Source of the DNA: Torpedo marmorata
Lineage: Eukaryota
DNA length: 64,000 bases
Direction: 5' to 3'
Assembly: GCA_977017645.1 (NCBI GenBank)
Contig: OZ360239.1
Location: 56,110,001 to 56,174,000 of the forward strand
A program made the translations under genes and the position numbers. Of the stretch, positions 12,380 to 26,170 are shown piece after piece; positions within the stretch are counted from its first letter, which is position 1; the number at the start of each line of letters is the position of its first letter. The notes under the pieces are model-generated. The model searched no databases, was not told where the DNA came from, and worked only from the letters and a program-made list of their open reading frames with translations.

Positions 12380-14450
12380 CGAGTGCTCCATAAACACAAT
12401 TCAGGCATCTATTGCCTTCATGTTGATGGTACCCACAGTTTATCTTAAAATTCAGCTATTTGGTGCATGTTTGGATCAAAGCTGTAATGATATCTGAAGC
12501 TGAGGAGTACTGGCACAACACAATCTAAACATCAGTGACCTAGCTATTGAAATGCTACTTAATAGCATTGCAATGTTGCCTACAACCCATCTACCTGATT
12601 TAAGTCTGACAATATATGTCTAATTAACTTGGTGTATATTCTAATTAAACATTCCAACCACACCAGCTGGGGTCAGGACTTTATCCAGGTGATGGTGTTG
12701 TTCTTAGCTGTACTTCTGTGTCCATCGTTCTTCTGCATGATTTCAGTCTATTTTTCCACCTTTCTAAAAACACATCTGAGCTGTGTTGGTTTGAATTGAG
12801 CTGGTGTGGATTGGGCATGGGAAATGTTTATATATAGCCTGGCTTGAGCTTGATTTGGATTGCCTGTGGGTGGATTGGGTATGTAAAGTGTTACAAATAT
12901 ATCATCTTGAATCAAGTTTGGATTAGCTATGGTTGTGTTGGATCGTAAATACCAGGCATCAGTTGGGTTTGAATTGGTCATAGTTGTTATGACGGAGCAG
13001 AATTCCACCTTCTTCCATCTTGTTATTGATCAAGAGTGGATTGATGGGACAGTCATTGGCCAGGACACATCCAGGTTATTTTAGTGCTTGGTCAGGTAGG
13101 TATTGAAAGGGGTTGGTTGAGGGCATGGCTTCTTCAGGAGCAGAAAACTTCAACAATACAACCAGGACTTTGCTGGCATTCATCGATTTTTTATTTATTT
13201 ATTTTTTTCAACTGCACTCAACCAATTCTTTGTGTCACGTGGAAGGAATCAAATTAACTGAAGTCTTACTTCCATTGGTGAGTAGTCCTGAAGGCTAGGA
13301 AATCATGCACTTGATACTTCCAACTGAAGGTAATTGCAAACACTTCACCTGGTCTTTTTGCACTCATGTGAGCAGCTGCATGATCATCAGTGGTGCGATG
13401 GGGAATCCCCTCAGGAACTGTAACATACCACCACCATTCATGACTGGGTGTGAAAGAACTACCACTGATCTCATCTTCTCTTGTTGGATTTGTCAGCTGA
13501 AACAAAACTGCTGATGACCCAGGTGGTTGTCCAGTTTTGAATTTCTAAATCTTTTGAGTCTTACCTGTTTAACTTTGGTATGTGCCACACAACAGAAGGA
13601 TGTGAAGCCAAATCATCATCTCCACAAGTATGGTGCAGTGATCACTCCTACTGCCATGGTCATGGGCAGATGCATCTGCAAAGCTGGTTGGCAAGGACAA
13701 GGTCAGATAGAGCTTTCTTGTGTTGGTGTCTCTCACAACCAGCTACCAGTTTGGTGGCTAAATTTTTGAGACACCCAACTAGATCAGTGATGGTGTGAGC
13801 AACCCACACAGATTTTTTTAACCAAAAGTTGACTTTATTCACAATAAATTATTGAAAAAGGAAAACTGTTCAAAGTCTCTTCCCACCCTTAGTTTCGTAT
13901 CCATATATTTCCATCATTGTACATTGTTGCATTCATTTCTATTTACACCATTGCCACCACTGTGGCACCTTGTCGTTACTCGCCCCTGTTGTTTGAGGGG
14001 CTTCCCCTTGGTCTCAGCCCCTCAATGCCCAGTAACTGAAAGACTCTAGTAACCCACACACTGTGATGAATATTATTCTTCCATCCAGTGTGCAATAGTA
14101 TCAGTAATGTTTCTTCCAAGTGAAGTTTAATGTGGACGAAAACTGACTCATCAGTGGATGGTATGTGGTAATCAACAGGAGATTTCCTTCCCTGCCTTTG
14201 ATTAATGTCACATGTCTTCCTTAGATCCTCAGGCAATGTTAAGTGTCCAGAGTCAATGTTGATTCACATGCCTCTTCCTCCCAACTGCATTCCATTAAGC
14301 CCTCAGCCCAGTAGAATCTGTCCACCTGTCAGGACAGAGCAAGTTTGGGATAATAGAGTCCAGGAGAATGAGTGAAAGCTTGATTGAGAGCCCTTTGTTT
14401 GACTATGTGTTGAGTCCTCAGAGTTCATTACCTTTCTCAAGCTGAACACC
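12380..14450 (-). mobile_element. Highly decayed ancient LINE (CR1/L2 group, unresolved)
   Basis: Only patchy resemblance to recalled old elasmobranch LINE sequence; no usable ORF. Confidence 0.35.
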
Positions 14451-15356
14451 AAGAGATTGTTTTTAGTGTTGTAGCACTTTTGTACTATGGATAGTTAGCT
14501 ATATTATTGTCCAACAGGTTTCCTTCACTAAAGGAATGATAATCTCAGTCATCATTACTGATCGCCATTTCCACCACTTTCTCCTCCATTACATTTGAGA
14601 AAGCAACCAGAACCAGCAAGCAAAGGCAAAGTAGCAGTGCATAGTAGCCCATAGACAGGAAATAATTGGCTTATGTGGTGTGCATTGCAATATGGAAATA
14701 CATTTTCTTTGCTTATACTTGGTCGTCTTGTGCTATTCAATGATTATCCCAGACTAACATTGATACACAGCAAAATATTTCACACAAATGCCTGAGTGAT
14801 GGTCACTTGTAAAACCTGGTTCTGCTCCAGCCACTTTAATTCATGTAAAATAAATGCTGACATTTGGATAGTGTAATTTAAAGGCCTAAGACATTTTTTG
14901 TCTTGGAGGGAAATGACCCAATAATTCTGCAGCTCTATGCTGAGTATTTCATAAATTTCAATGAATTGAATATCTATTGTTGAATCATACAATGAACCCT
15001 TTTTAACAACAAATCTATAAACAGCAGCTGCATAAACTCATTACTTTTTTTTCCCCTGACATAAAAGGTGGAAGGAAATTGTTGTAGATAATTAAAATTG
15101 TGGAAGTGCTGTTTGGAATGAGTTACTCTTGCTGTTTTGTGTTATATTTTGTCAATGACTACTTTTATGACATTATTGTCTGGTTTTCATACATCCAGTA
15201 GGACACACTGGGTATCGCAAGACCATTGGCTACATTTTTTAAAACCTAGATCTTCCCCCTAGTAAAACATCATTCCAGGGCCAATAAATGCATTGTATGG
15301 GTAACAACATTATGATGATATCAGTAATTCATCATTACATATATGCACATGGTGAA

Positions 15357-16169
15357 ATAATGGCGGCGCTGCCGCTGGTGCGAACCTGCGGGGAGCGTGG
15401 GAGCAGAGATACAGCGCTCCCGCGGGGTCCAGCCTCCCAGTCCACTGCCGTCGGTTCCGCACGGGCTTTGAACGGCCCGTTAAAGGAGCCGACGGTGGTT
15501 TTATTTAAGATCCCGCGACCACGGGGTCTGCGCCCAAGATGGCAGCGCCTTTTAACTGGCAGCAGCCACGAGGGGCTGCAGATTCCAGGGAAGTGGAGGA
15601 CTGGAGTAGGGCACCAGAGGACGGGAAGTTCAACCCCCGTCTGAGAAGGAGAAACGGAGGAGACGACCCACGGGATGGTGACCACGGCGGCGGACCGGTG
15701 AGGGGCTCTGAGGCTGAAGGACCTGTGCATGCGGCAGGCTGCTGGCGACTCGAGGCGAGGAACCCGCGGAGGCTGTGGGCTGCTGGAGACTGCTGTCGGG
15801 GGACTCACGCCGGGCTGCGGACTGCTGGAGGCTGGCTCGAACTGGCTGGAGGAGTACCAGGTATCGGAACCGGGATGCGAGGGGGTCCCGAGGGCAACCT
15901 GACCGTGTCGGAGGTTCGGATCTGAAGCTCGGGTTGCCGATTGTTTGGACTGGACTCTGTGTGGCTGCGGAAGCGCTGGAGGCGAATCTATGGACACTCG
16001 GTGACTCTGGGGGGACTCTCTTGCTTCTCTTTCTCTGACTAAGGAATGTTAGAGGCGCTAAGGCAATTTCTGCCGGTGGCGAATCTGTCTGCCTTGCAGC
16101 AGGCAAAAAGAAATTTCATGGAATATGACACTGTCTTATTACTATGACAATAAATTGAATCTTGAATCT
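15357..16169 (+). mobile_element. GC-rich non-autonomous retroelement with Rex1-type 3' end, apparently full length
   Basis: Starts ataatggcggcg; ends aatttcatg...tgacaataaa(ttgaatc)2; 5'-truncated sister copies at 33907-34514 and 55911-56215. Confidence 0.8.
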
Positions 16170-16806
16170 GTATAAGTAAATAGAAAAAAGCCGTATGTTA
16201 TTCAAGAGGGTTAGAGTTAGATTAATGCTTTTATGTCTTTTATAATATTGCTTTTACTTTTGTGATTTTGTAAATGTCATCATGAAAACTTAAATCCACT
16301 AAAATCCATTTAGTCTATTTTCTGATAATGGCATTTGTCTTTCTTTAGTTCACAGAACTATATATTATTGTACCACTTAAGAGAATAAGCAACCTTCACT
16401 TGGCTTTCCACCATCAGCACTGTAAAACATGCACATAGTGACTTATAATTCCACCAGCTTTCTCTCTCATCAGCACAGAATAGGAATTTCCACTCAAGTG
16501 GCCACCATTTTGCCTTCACAGAATATTAAGAATCCATAAATTTTGTCAAGTAAAGCACATACTTCCATTTTTAGACACAGTTTTATTTTCCACATTTGAA
16601 ATGGGAACACGGGTAGGCTGTTGGGTCATTTGGACCCGCTACATCATTCAGTATGACAATGGAGGACCATCCACTTTGGGACCTTGTTCTTGCCTCCCCC
16701 TCCCCCACACCATCCCACATTGCTTGAGCATTCAAGAAATTTATCAGTCTATTTATGACAATAATGCTACTACAATTATGCAGATATTGACCATTTAGTC
16801 ACATAT

Positions 16807-19123
16807 AGCACTGTGATAAACAGCCATGAGACAGCACAGCCTGATGCCTTCTCGATCATTGTGGGAGACTTCAATCAGGTCAATCTGAAGAAGTCACTGA
16901 CAAACTACCACCAACACATCACATGCGAGACCAGGGGAACCAACACACTCGACCACTGCTACACCACCGTGAAGAACGCATACCGAGCCATACCATGACC
17001 GCACTTCGGCAAGTCTGATCACCTGGCTGTACTTCTACTCCCGGCGAACAAGCAGAGACTGAAGACCACAGCACCAGTGGTGAGGACGGCGAAAGTATGG
17101 TTGAGGAGCGTCTGCAGGACTGCTTTGGATCGGTGGACTGGAACATATTCAAGAACTCATGCATAGACCTGAATGAGTATGCAACAGGTGTCACCGACTT
17201 CATCAAGACCTGCGTGGAAGAGTGTGTGCCCAAGTGCAAATACCGGGTGTTCCCCAACCAGAAGCCCTGGATGAATCAGAGAACTCGCAACCTGCTGAGG
17301 GCGAGAACAAGGGTGTTTAAGGCTGGGGACCTGGATCTTTACAAGAAGTCCAGGCACGTCCTGCAGAAGGCCATCTCTGAGGTAAAGTGGCAATTCCGGA
17401 GGAAGGTAGAGATAGAGACAGATACACGCCAGCTATGGCAGGGAGTGCAGGCCATTACAGCCTACAAAGCGAGGGCGAACACTATAGACGGCTGTGATGC
17501 TTCACTACCCGATGAGCTGATCACCTTCTATGCCCGCTTTGAGAAGAAGAACCAAACAGTGCCTACTAGAATCCCTGTAAAAGCTGAGGACCCTGTGATG
17601 TCTGTCTCTGAGGGCAACATCAGAACATCATTCAAGAGGGTGAACCTTCGCAAGGCGTCAGGCCCTCACGGCGTACCTAGCAGGGTACGGAAAAGCTGCG
17701 CCAACAAACTAGCAGGACATTTTCAACCTCTCACTGCGGCAGTCAGAGGTTCCCACCTTCTTCAAAAGGGCATCAATCATCCCAGTACCCAAGAAGAGTA
17801 GTGTGGGCTGCCTCAACGACTACTGCCCAGTGCACTAACTTCTACTGTGATGAAATGCTTTGAGAGGCTGGTCATGGCCAGAATTAACACATAACTAAGC
17901 AAAGATCTGGACCCACTGCAATTCGCCTATCGTCACAATCACTCCCCAGCAGATGCAATATCGCTGGCTCTCCACTCAGCTCTGGATCACCTCGAAAACA
18001 GCAACTCATACATACGGCTGCTCTTTATCGACTATAGCTCGGTCTTCAATACCATTATTCCCTCAGTGCTGGTCAAGAAGCTACAAACTCTAGGCCTCTG
18101 TACCCCACTCTGCAACTGGATCCTTGACTTTCTCATCAGAAGACCACAGTCAGTACGAATTGGAAACAACGTCTCCTCCTCACTGATTATCAACACAGGC
18201 GCACCCCAAGGATGCGTACTTAGTCCACTGATCTACTCCTTATACACCCATGACTGTGTGGCCAGGCACAATTCCAATGCCATCTACAAGTTTGCCGATG
18301 ACACCACAGTTGTCGGCAGAATCACAAACGGCAATGAGAAAGCGTACAGGAGGGAGGTAGATCAGCTCGTTGAATGGTGTAACGACAATAACCTTGAGCT
18401 CAACGTCAGCAAAACCAAGGAGATAATTGTGGACCTCAGGGGGAAGTCAGGGGAACACGACCCAGTCCTCATCGAAGGCTCAGTAGTGGAGAGGGTCAAG
18501 AACTTCAAATTCCTGGGTGTCAACATCTCCGAGGATCTGCCCTGGAGCCTCCACATTGATGCAATCACAAAGAAGGCTCGCCAGCGGCTATACTTTGTGA
18601 GGTGTCTGAGGAGATTCGGTATGTCACCGAAGACTCTCGTAAACTTCTACAGGTGTACCATGGAGAGCATTCTGGCTGGTTGCATCACTGCCTGGTATGG
18701 AGGCACCAACTCTCAGGACAAGAATAAACTCCAGAGGGTGGTTAACTCGGCCTGCGACATCACAGGCACCAGACTTCACTCCATCGAGGACATCTACATG
18801 AGGCGGTGTCTTAAAAAAGCAGCATCTATCCTCAAAGACCCCCACCACCCAGGCCATGCCTTTTTCACTCTGCTACCATTGGGAAAAAGGTACAGGAGCC
18901 TAAAGACGAACACTCAACGGCACAAGGACAGCTTCTTCCCCGTTGCCATCAGATTCCTGAATAATCAATGAACCAAAGACACTGCCTTACTTTTCATGCA
19001 CTATTATTTATATTTTTTTATAGTAATGTCGTAAGATGGTTATAATATGAATGTTTGCACTGTGATGCTTCCGCCAAACACCGAATTTCATGACTTGTTC
19101 CTGACAATAAATTCTGATTCTGA
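16807..19123 (+). mobile_element. Rex1/Babar-type LINE subfamily A, 5'-truncated, frameshifted
   Basis: APE end (GDFNQ, TLDHCY), RT ([15 protein letters not shown]), 3' end gacaataa(attctg)n. Confidence 0.95.
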
Positions 19124-19156
19124 ACTAGCATAAAAGAAGACAAGTGTGATTTTCTT

Positions 19157-19321
19157 TAGACCTACAGCATGGTAACCGGCCCATGAGTCCGTGCCGCCCA
19201 ATTACACCCAATTAACCTTCAACCACTGTACGTTTTGAAGGGTGGGAGGAAAGCGGAGCACCCGGAAGAAATCCATGCAGACACGGTGAACGTACAAGCT
19301 CCTTGCAGACAGCACCGGATT
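19157..19321 (-). mobile_element. V-SINE (HE1-like), 5'-truncated
   Basis: Reverse complement of the V-domain and tail seen at 29507-29760. Confidence 0.8.
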
Positions 19322-19397
19322 GTTGGAGGTCAGACTCTACAATATTCCTCAGGTGATCGAGTTGGATCTGACAAACATTGTATGGTTAAAAGTGGGA

Positions 19398-20884
19398 TGT
19401 GTTCATTTTCAATCTGTCCCTAGCCAAGGCAGTTGTTCCAACGAGCTTCAAGATCGCTACTATCGTGCCAGTGCCGAAGTGTTCTGCTGTCAGGAGCTTG
19501 AATGATTACCGTCCAGTTGCACTTACTCCCATCATCGCAAAGTGTTTTGAGAGATTGGTTTTATCACATTTGAAATTCTGTTTGCCTGCCACTATGGACT
19601 CTCATCAATTTGCCTACCGTACCAACAGGTCGACCGAGGATGCTATTTCTACAGTGCTCCACTCTGCTTTGACACACTTGGACAGCTCTAACTCTTATGT
19701 CAGAATGCTGTTCATAGATTTTAGCTCGGCTTTCCATACTGTTATTCCCTCCAAGCTGATTACCAAACTTCGTTTGCTTGGTATCAGCTCATCCCTCTGC
19801 AATTGGATTTTGGACTTCCTAACGAGCAGACCCCAATCTGTTAAGTTAGGCAATCTTTTTTCCTCCATTCTCACCTCAGGGTTGTGTGCTGAGCCCTCTT
19901 TTGTATTCCCTTTTTACCTTCGACTGCGTTCCTGTACATAGTACGAACTGCATAATCAAGTTCGCAGATGACACCACGGTGGTTGGCCTGATCAGAGGGG
20001 ACGATGAAACGGCCTATAGGGATGAGGTTCAGCACCTGGCCTTGTGGTGTGCCAATAATAACCTGATACTTAATACTCAGAAGACCAAGGAGATCATTGT
20101 GGACTTTAGGCGTGCTGGAAGCCACACTCAGGTCCCCATTTACATTCATGGAGTTGTGGTGGAACGTGTGTCAAGTTTTAAATTTCTTGGCGTCCAGATT
20201 TCTGAAGATCTTACTTGGTCCTTGAATTCTTCAAAGCTGATTAAAAAGGCACAACAGCGTCTTTACTTTCTGCGAAGCATGAGGAAGGAACACCTCTGTC
20301 CTAGGATATTATTGGATTTCTATAGATGTACCATTGAGAGCGTATTGACATATGGTATCTCGGCGTGGTATGGTAACTGCCTAGTACAAGACCGCAAAGT
20401 ACTCCAGCGGGTGGTGAAAACTGCCCAGAGGATTATTGGCTTGCAGTTGCCCACCATCGAGAACATCTATAGAGAACGGTGTCTGGGCAGAGCGAGGAAC
20501 ATTATTAAGGATGCATCTCACCCTAACCACGGACTTTTTACTCTTCTTCCATCGGGCAGACGCTACAGGAGCCTTCGCTCGCGTACCAGCAGGCTGAAGA
20601 AGAGTTTCTTTCATGAAGCTGTGAGCCTGATGAACACTGAATCACAGCGTTGAGTGGTACTGCACTCACAGTGTAATATCAGTACTTTTATAATAGTTTG
20701 TTGTTGAATAGGTTGTCGTTGTTGATTAGGTTATTGTTGGTTTTTATTGCACATGTTTTATTGTAATGTATATAGCACTATTTGTTTAACTTCTGGTTGG
20801 ATGCTAGTTGTATCTCATTGGCTTGTTTTGAACTGGTACAATGACAATAAAGTGCATCTAATCTAATCTAATCTAATCTAATCT
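19398..20884 (+). mobile_element. Rex1/Babar-type LINE subfamily B, 5'-truncated
   Basis: RT ORFs 19399-19941 and 19886-20653 ([22 protein letters not shown]); tail gacaataaa...(tctaa)n. Confidence 0.93.
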
Positions 20885-21119
20885 TATAATCATCCAATGT
20901 TCAATTCAATTGGCAACTCCTCTGATAAGAAGTAGCCTTTTCCCTACACACAGGACACCCTGGAAAATATTTAGGCTTAGCCTAATAAGTGTTCAGTAAT
21001 AGGAGTACTTCCCCTTACTCCACAATTTAATACCAACAACAACTTCCTATTTTTCACCAGCAATCAGAGATTTATCAGGTCTAATCATGTAAATAAAACA
21101 ATAACAGGACAATTAGACT

Positions 21120-21605
21120 GTTGTTAGTGATTCACCTCCTGTCTATCCAAGCCCCACCTGCCAGTCTGAAACACTCTTCATTTGGCTGGATGAGTACAGT
21201 GTCAACATCACTCATGAAGCACAACACTGAGAGACTCTGTTTGATTGGCATCTCCTTCATCACAGACACTCATACCCTCCATTGCTGCTGTATTACAGCT
21301 GGGGTATTTACTGTCTTCAAGATACACTGCAGGAGTTCTTCAAGCTTTCTTTAATAGCACTTCCCAAACCTGTAAGCTCAACCATCACAAAGGGCAAAGA
21401 TCACAGTTTCATGTATATGCCACTTTCAAGTTTCTCTCCAAGGCACGCACAATAATCATGATCATTCCTTCGTCTCATTACGTGGAAATCAACCACCAAT
21501 GCTGAGGGAACGCCTTCACTTTCACGACTGCAGCGGTTTAAGAAAGTGCACACCACCAGCTTCTCAAATTATTTAGGATCATTTAGGATGGGCAATAAAT
21601 AGGCA
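21120..21605 (+). mobile_element. Decayed ancient LINE 3' end
   Basis: ggctggatgagtacag...caagatacactgcagg...ttaggatgggcaataaat resembles a recalled old elasmobranch LINE 3' end. Confidence 0.45.
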
Positions 21606-22717
21606 ATGATTTCTCCATCTATTGTATGAATAACTGATGTTCGTGCACGTGTGGATCATATTACTATTTTTGGATGAGGTTGACAACAGGTAGCATGTGG
21701 ATGAGAAACAGGAAAGAACCAGTGGCAAGAATGCAAGAGTGGAAGATAAAATGTTGAAGATGATCTTCTCATTATGACCAGATACAGTAGATAAGAATGG
21801 GGGCTTGTTACCATGCTGTATGTCTAAATTTTAAAATATATATATAAAAAATTTAAATGGAAGTAGCTGAGTGCAGTCTCACCCAAAAGAACAATGAGGG
21901 AGGCGCATTGGATGAAGGTAAACAAAGAGAGACAGCATCCAGAGAGAAACAATCATCAACCATAACAACCAATATGGAAATCACAATCGGAAGTTGGTCA
22001 GCAGCTTGGCAGTTGAGAAAGCAAGAATTGGAGGGTCATGTCAGTAAATTGGAGGAAGAAAACTAAAAAAAGTTGTTGGAGTAGTAACAAATCTTAGGGG
22101 TATAGTCTGGCAGACTGATGGTGAGGGAAGGAGTTGTGACTTCGAACAGGTGATGGATGTGGGGGGGGGTGGGGGATTCAAGGGTGATGGTGGATAGTGG
22201 AAGAGTCATAGAATCATAGAACACATAGAGCTTTCCAGCCCCCATCCCCATGGTGACCATTAAATACTTCTCTATGCTAATCTGATTTGGCAGCTCTCAC
22301 TCTAGCTTTCTATGCCCTAGTGATCTAAGCGTTTATATGGATGTTTTGTAATTGTTGTGCGAGTACCTGCCTCCGCTATCCCCTCAGATACGGCATTCCA
22401 GATTCCAACAGCTGTGTGCTGAAAACATTCTACCTTATATCCCCTGAAACATCATGCTACTTACATTAAGTTTATACATACGCAGTACAATGTACAGATT
22501 CAATGAAAGTCTTACTTGCTGCAGCATCCCAGGTACGAAACACACTAACACCATTTAACACACAAGAAGCTAAAAATAAAGATAAATACAAATAGAAGAG
22601 GAATAAATAAATATATAGATAATAAATATTTTTATTTGGCCAGTGGTGCAAAAAATGTGCTGTGGCAGTAGGACAATGTACTGTAACTGTAGTATACTTA
22701 TGTCTCTAGTTTTAGAC

Positions 22718-23093
22718 CAGTGGTTTTCAAACTGCCCCCCTAAACTCACATTCCACCTTAAGCAATCCCTATGCCATAAGTGCTCTGTGATTAGTAAAGG
22801 ATTGCTTAAGGTGGTATGTGAGTGGAAAGAAAAAGGTTTGAAAACCACTGTTTTAATCGTATCTAATTGACTCGTTATGTGCACGGTTTCATAACTCCAA
22901 AGGAAATGGGCCAATGATAATTTTTCTCAAGCAAAATATTTCAGTAACAATTGGGTCTAGAGCAGTGGTTCCCAACCTTCCCTTCCCACTCACATACCAC
23001 CTTAAGCAATCCCTTACCAAACACAGAGCAATTATGGCATAGGGATTGCTTAAGGTGGAATGTGAGTTTAGGGGGGCAGTTTGAAAACCACTG
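22718..23093. mobile_element. hAT (Charlie-type) MITE, composite
   Basis: TIR cagtggttttcaaactgcccccc / ggggggcagtttgaaaaccactg; perfect 8-bp TSD ttttagac (22710-22717, 23094-23101). Confidence 0.93.
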
Positions 23094-23814
23094 TTTTAGA
23101 CCATGGGGAAAGATTTCCTACCATCTACTCTATCTAAGCCCCTCATAATTTTTCATACTTTCTCAGGTCCCCTCTCACCCTCTGCTTAAAGGAAAGCATA
23201 CATAATCTATCTAGTCTCTTCTCTTAACTGAAATGTTGCATCTGAGATAATATCCTGGTGAATCTCCTCTGCATCCTCTCAAATGAAGCCAAGGAATATT
23301 CTGACATTTTAGGATAAGCCTTGAATATTGAGCAATGTTCAAAGCAATGTTTTCTGCAGCTCAGCCTGACCTGGCATGGTATGGATAAACCCGTTCGCTC
23401 TGCACTTCCAGAACTTGGCAGATGTGATCTGGACTGGGGGTAAAGGGCAGGGTGAGGGACACCAATAGTTTAATGGGACCAAGACAACAAAGATGGAAAT
23501 ATGAGCATGTCAGCAGGTAAATAGGTCAAAATCAGGAGCAATTGAGTTGGAAGAGTAATGGGGAAATGAGGATAGAAAGAAGGAAAAGTTCAGCAATGGC
23601 TTATTTATATTTGAGATGATGGAGAATACTGACGGACTCCAAGGTAATGAGTCGTGTCACTAACCATGATGCAATGGGTGGGCTTACCATTTACATCAAC
23701 TTTGGAGTGTGAAGAAGAATTTTAACAAGAAATTTGAATATAGTCATTTTGTTTAAACAGTCAAATCAATAAATGTAGTTTGTTTTTTACACTAATGTGC
23801 TGTCTTAAGTTGGA

Positions 23815-26170
23815 GTCTCTTCTTCACTGTGGAAGAAATTAGTAGCATACCAGACTCTCAAGGGACTCTGGGAAGAGAAGTGAGTGCAGTCAAGATCACA
23901 AGAGAGAAGGTACTTGGGAAGCCAAAAGGTCTTAGGATAGATAAGTCTCCTGGACCAGATAGAATGCACCCTCAGGTTCTGAAGGAGGTAGCTATAGAGA
24001 TTGTGGGGGCATTGGTAATGATCTTCCAGGAATTAATTGATTCTGGCATAGTTCCAAAGGGAAGGGCGAGGGACACCCTGGAAGGGAGAGAGGCAGCAGA
24101 ATGGAAATTATAGACCTATTAGCCTGATGTTGGTGGTTGGGAAGCTGTTGGACTCGATTGTCAAGGATGAGGTTACGGAGTACCTAGAGGAGTATGTCAA
24201 GATAGGCCCAAGTCAACATGGCTGCCTTAAAAGAAAATTATGCCTGACAATGTTACATGAGATTTAAATCAGGTTTGGTGGGTTCACAGAAAAGCGAGTC
24301 CAGACACAGGCTAACAAACAAAGGATGATCTTTATTGTGCACACGGGGAAATTGTAACGGGGAAGACACAAAACAACACTTGATACTAAAACAATATAAG
24401 CATTCAAATCGGATACAGCGATCTCCGATACCAGTAGTCGCCTACTCTCTCTCTCTTTATTACACACGTGCAGTAATATTCGGTAACTAGCACACTCTTA
24501 CAAGACAGAGACTTCAACACACACTCCTGATTCCCTATACCAACGGGGTGCGGCTCAATGCTAAGTATTCCCACACAATACTATGGTCCCGCTCTAAGTG
24601 TAGTGCACACCTTACCAACGACTCCTCCAGCGATGTCCACAGTTCGTCACCTAGCGTAGAGCAGCATTCGTAATCAGGACCAAGGAGCTAAGAGGATGAT
24701 CTGCTGCATGTGATAGGCTTTTAAAGTGCAGTAAGCTAGGGAGTCCGGCCTAGGTAATCATTAAGTGATTTAAAGGGGCCAATGGTCAGGTTTGCACTAA
24801 TGGGTGGGCAGAGTCCAACCTTGATTGGCAGGTGATGCGCATTCTGACTAGGTTCCAGATGGAGAGGTCACGTGAACCTCCACAATCCATATTCCCACGT
24901 AGTTTCAGTCGAGAGGCCACATGAGTCTTCGCAATCCATATTGCCACTAAGTTCCAGACGGAGAGGCCACATGACCTTCCACAATCCACACTTTTTTGAA
25001 CAGATCACAAGTAGAATAGACAGGGGAGATGCAGTGGATGTTGTGTATTTGGACTTTCAAAGGCTTTCGACAAGGTGCCACACATGAAGCTGCTAAACAA
25101 GATGAGAGCCCATGGAATTACAGGAAGGATACTAGCATTGGCTGATTGGCAGAAAACAGAGTAGGAATAAAGGGATCCTATTCTGGTTGGCTCCCGGTTA
25201 CCAGTGGTATTCAGCAGGGGTTGGTATTGGTGCCGCTTATCTTTACATTGTATATAAATGATTTGGATTATGCAATATATGGCTTTGTGGCTAAATTTGC
25301 AGATGACACTAAAATAGATGGTAGGGGAGGTGGTGCTGAGGACACGGAAAGGCTACAGAGAGACTTGGATAAATTAGGAGAATGGGCAAAGAGGCGGCAG
25401 ATGAAATACAATGTTGGAAAGTGTACGTTCATGCACTTTGGTAGAAGAAATAGACGGGCAGACTATTATTTAGATGGGGAGAAAATTCAAAATTTGGAGG
25501 TGCAAAGAGACTTGGGAGTCCTTGTGCAGAATACCCTAAAGGTTGATCTCCAGGTTGAGTCCGTGGTGAAGAAGGCAAATGCAATGTTGGCATTCATTTC
25601 TAGAGAAATAGCATATAAGAGCAGGGATGTAATGTTGAGACTCTATAGGACACTGTTGAGACCTCACGGAGTACTGTGTACAGTTTTGAGCACCGTATTT
25701 GAGAAAAGACGTGCTGGCATGGAGGGGGTTCAGAGAAGATTTACTAGAATAATACCAGGAATGAAAGGATTAGCATATGAGGAACGATTGTCGGCTCTTG
25801 GACTGTACTTGTTGGAGTACAGAAGGATGAGGGGGAACCTCATAGAGACATTTCGAATGCTGAAAGGCCTGAACAGAGTAGATATGGCAAGGTTGTTTCC
25901 CATGGTAGGGGAGTCTAGGACAAGAGGGTACAACTTCAGGATAAAAGGGCGTCAATTTAAAACAGAGATGCAGAAAAAATTCTTGAGCGGTCATTGGGTG
26001 CATTTAAGGCAGAGATTGACAGGTATTTGATTCATCAGGGCATCAAGGGTTATGGGGAGAAGGCCAGGAAGTGGGGATGAGTGGGAGGATGGATCAGCTC
26101 ATGATTGAATAGCAGAGCAGACTTGACGGGCTGATTGGCCTACTTCTGCTCTTATATCTTGTAATCTTGT
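23815..26170 (+). mobile_element. CR1 LINE, 5'-truncated, interrupted by a solo LTR
   Basis: KSPGPD.MHP.VLKE (23829 ORF), VDVVYLDFQ, GWLPVTSG..QG.VL, KFADDTK; CR1 3' UTR at 26040-26170. Confidence 0.92.
24251..24990 (-). mobile_element. Solo LTR inserted in CR1
   Basis: Non-CR1 block with TG...CA ends; minus-strand AATAAA at 24331-24336; CCAAT boxes near 24780 and 24823; three ~49-bp repeats at 24851-24990; no clear TSD. Confidence 0.65.

Noticed and set aside
15288-16106. Several overlapping 118-220 aa ORFs as a novel gene
   Set aside because: Expected in GC-rich stop-poor sequence; lie in a three-copy repeat, with no recognisable domain
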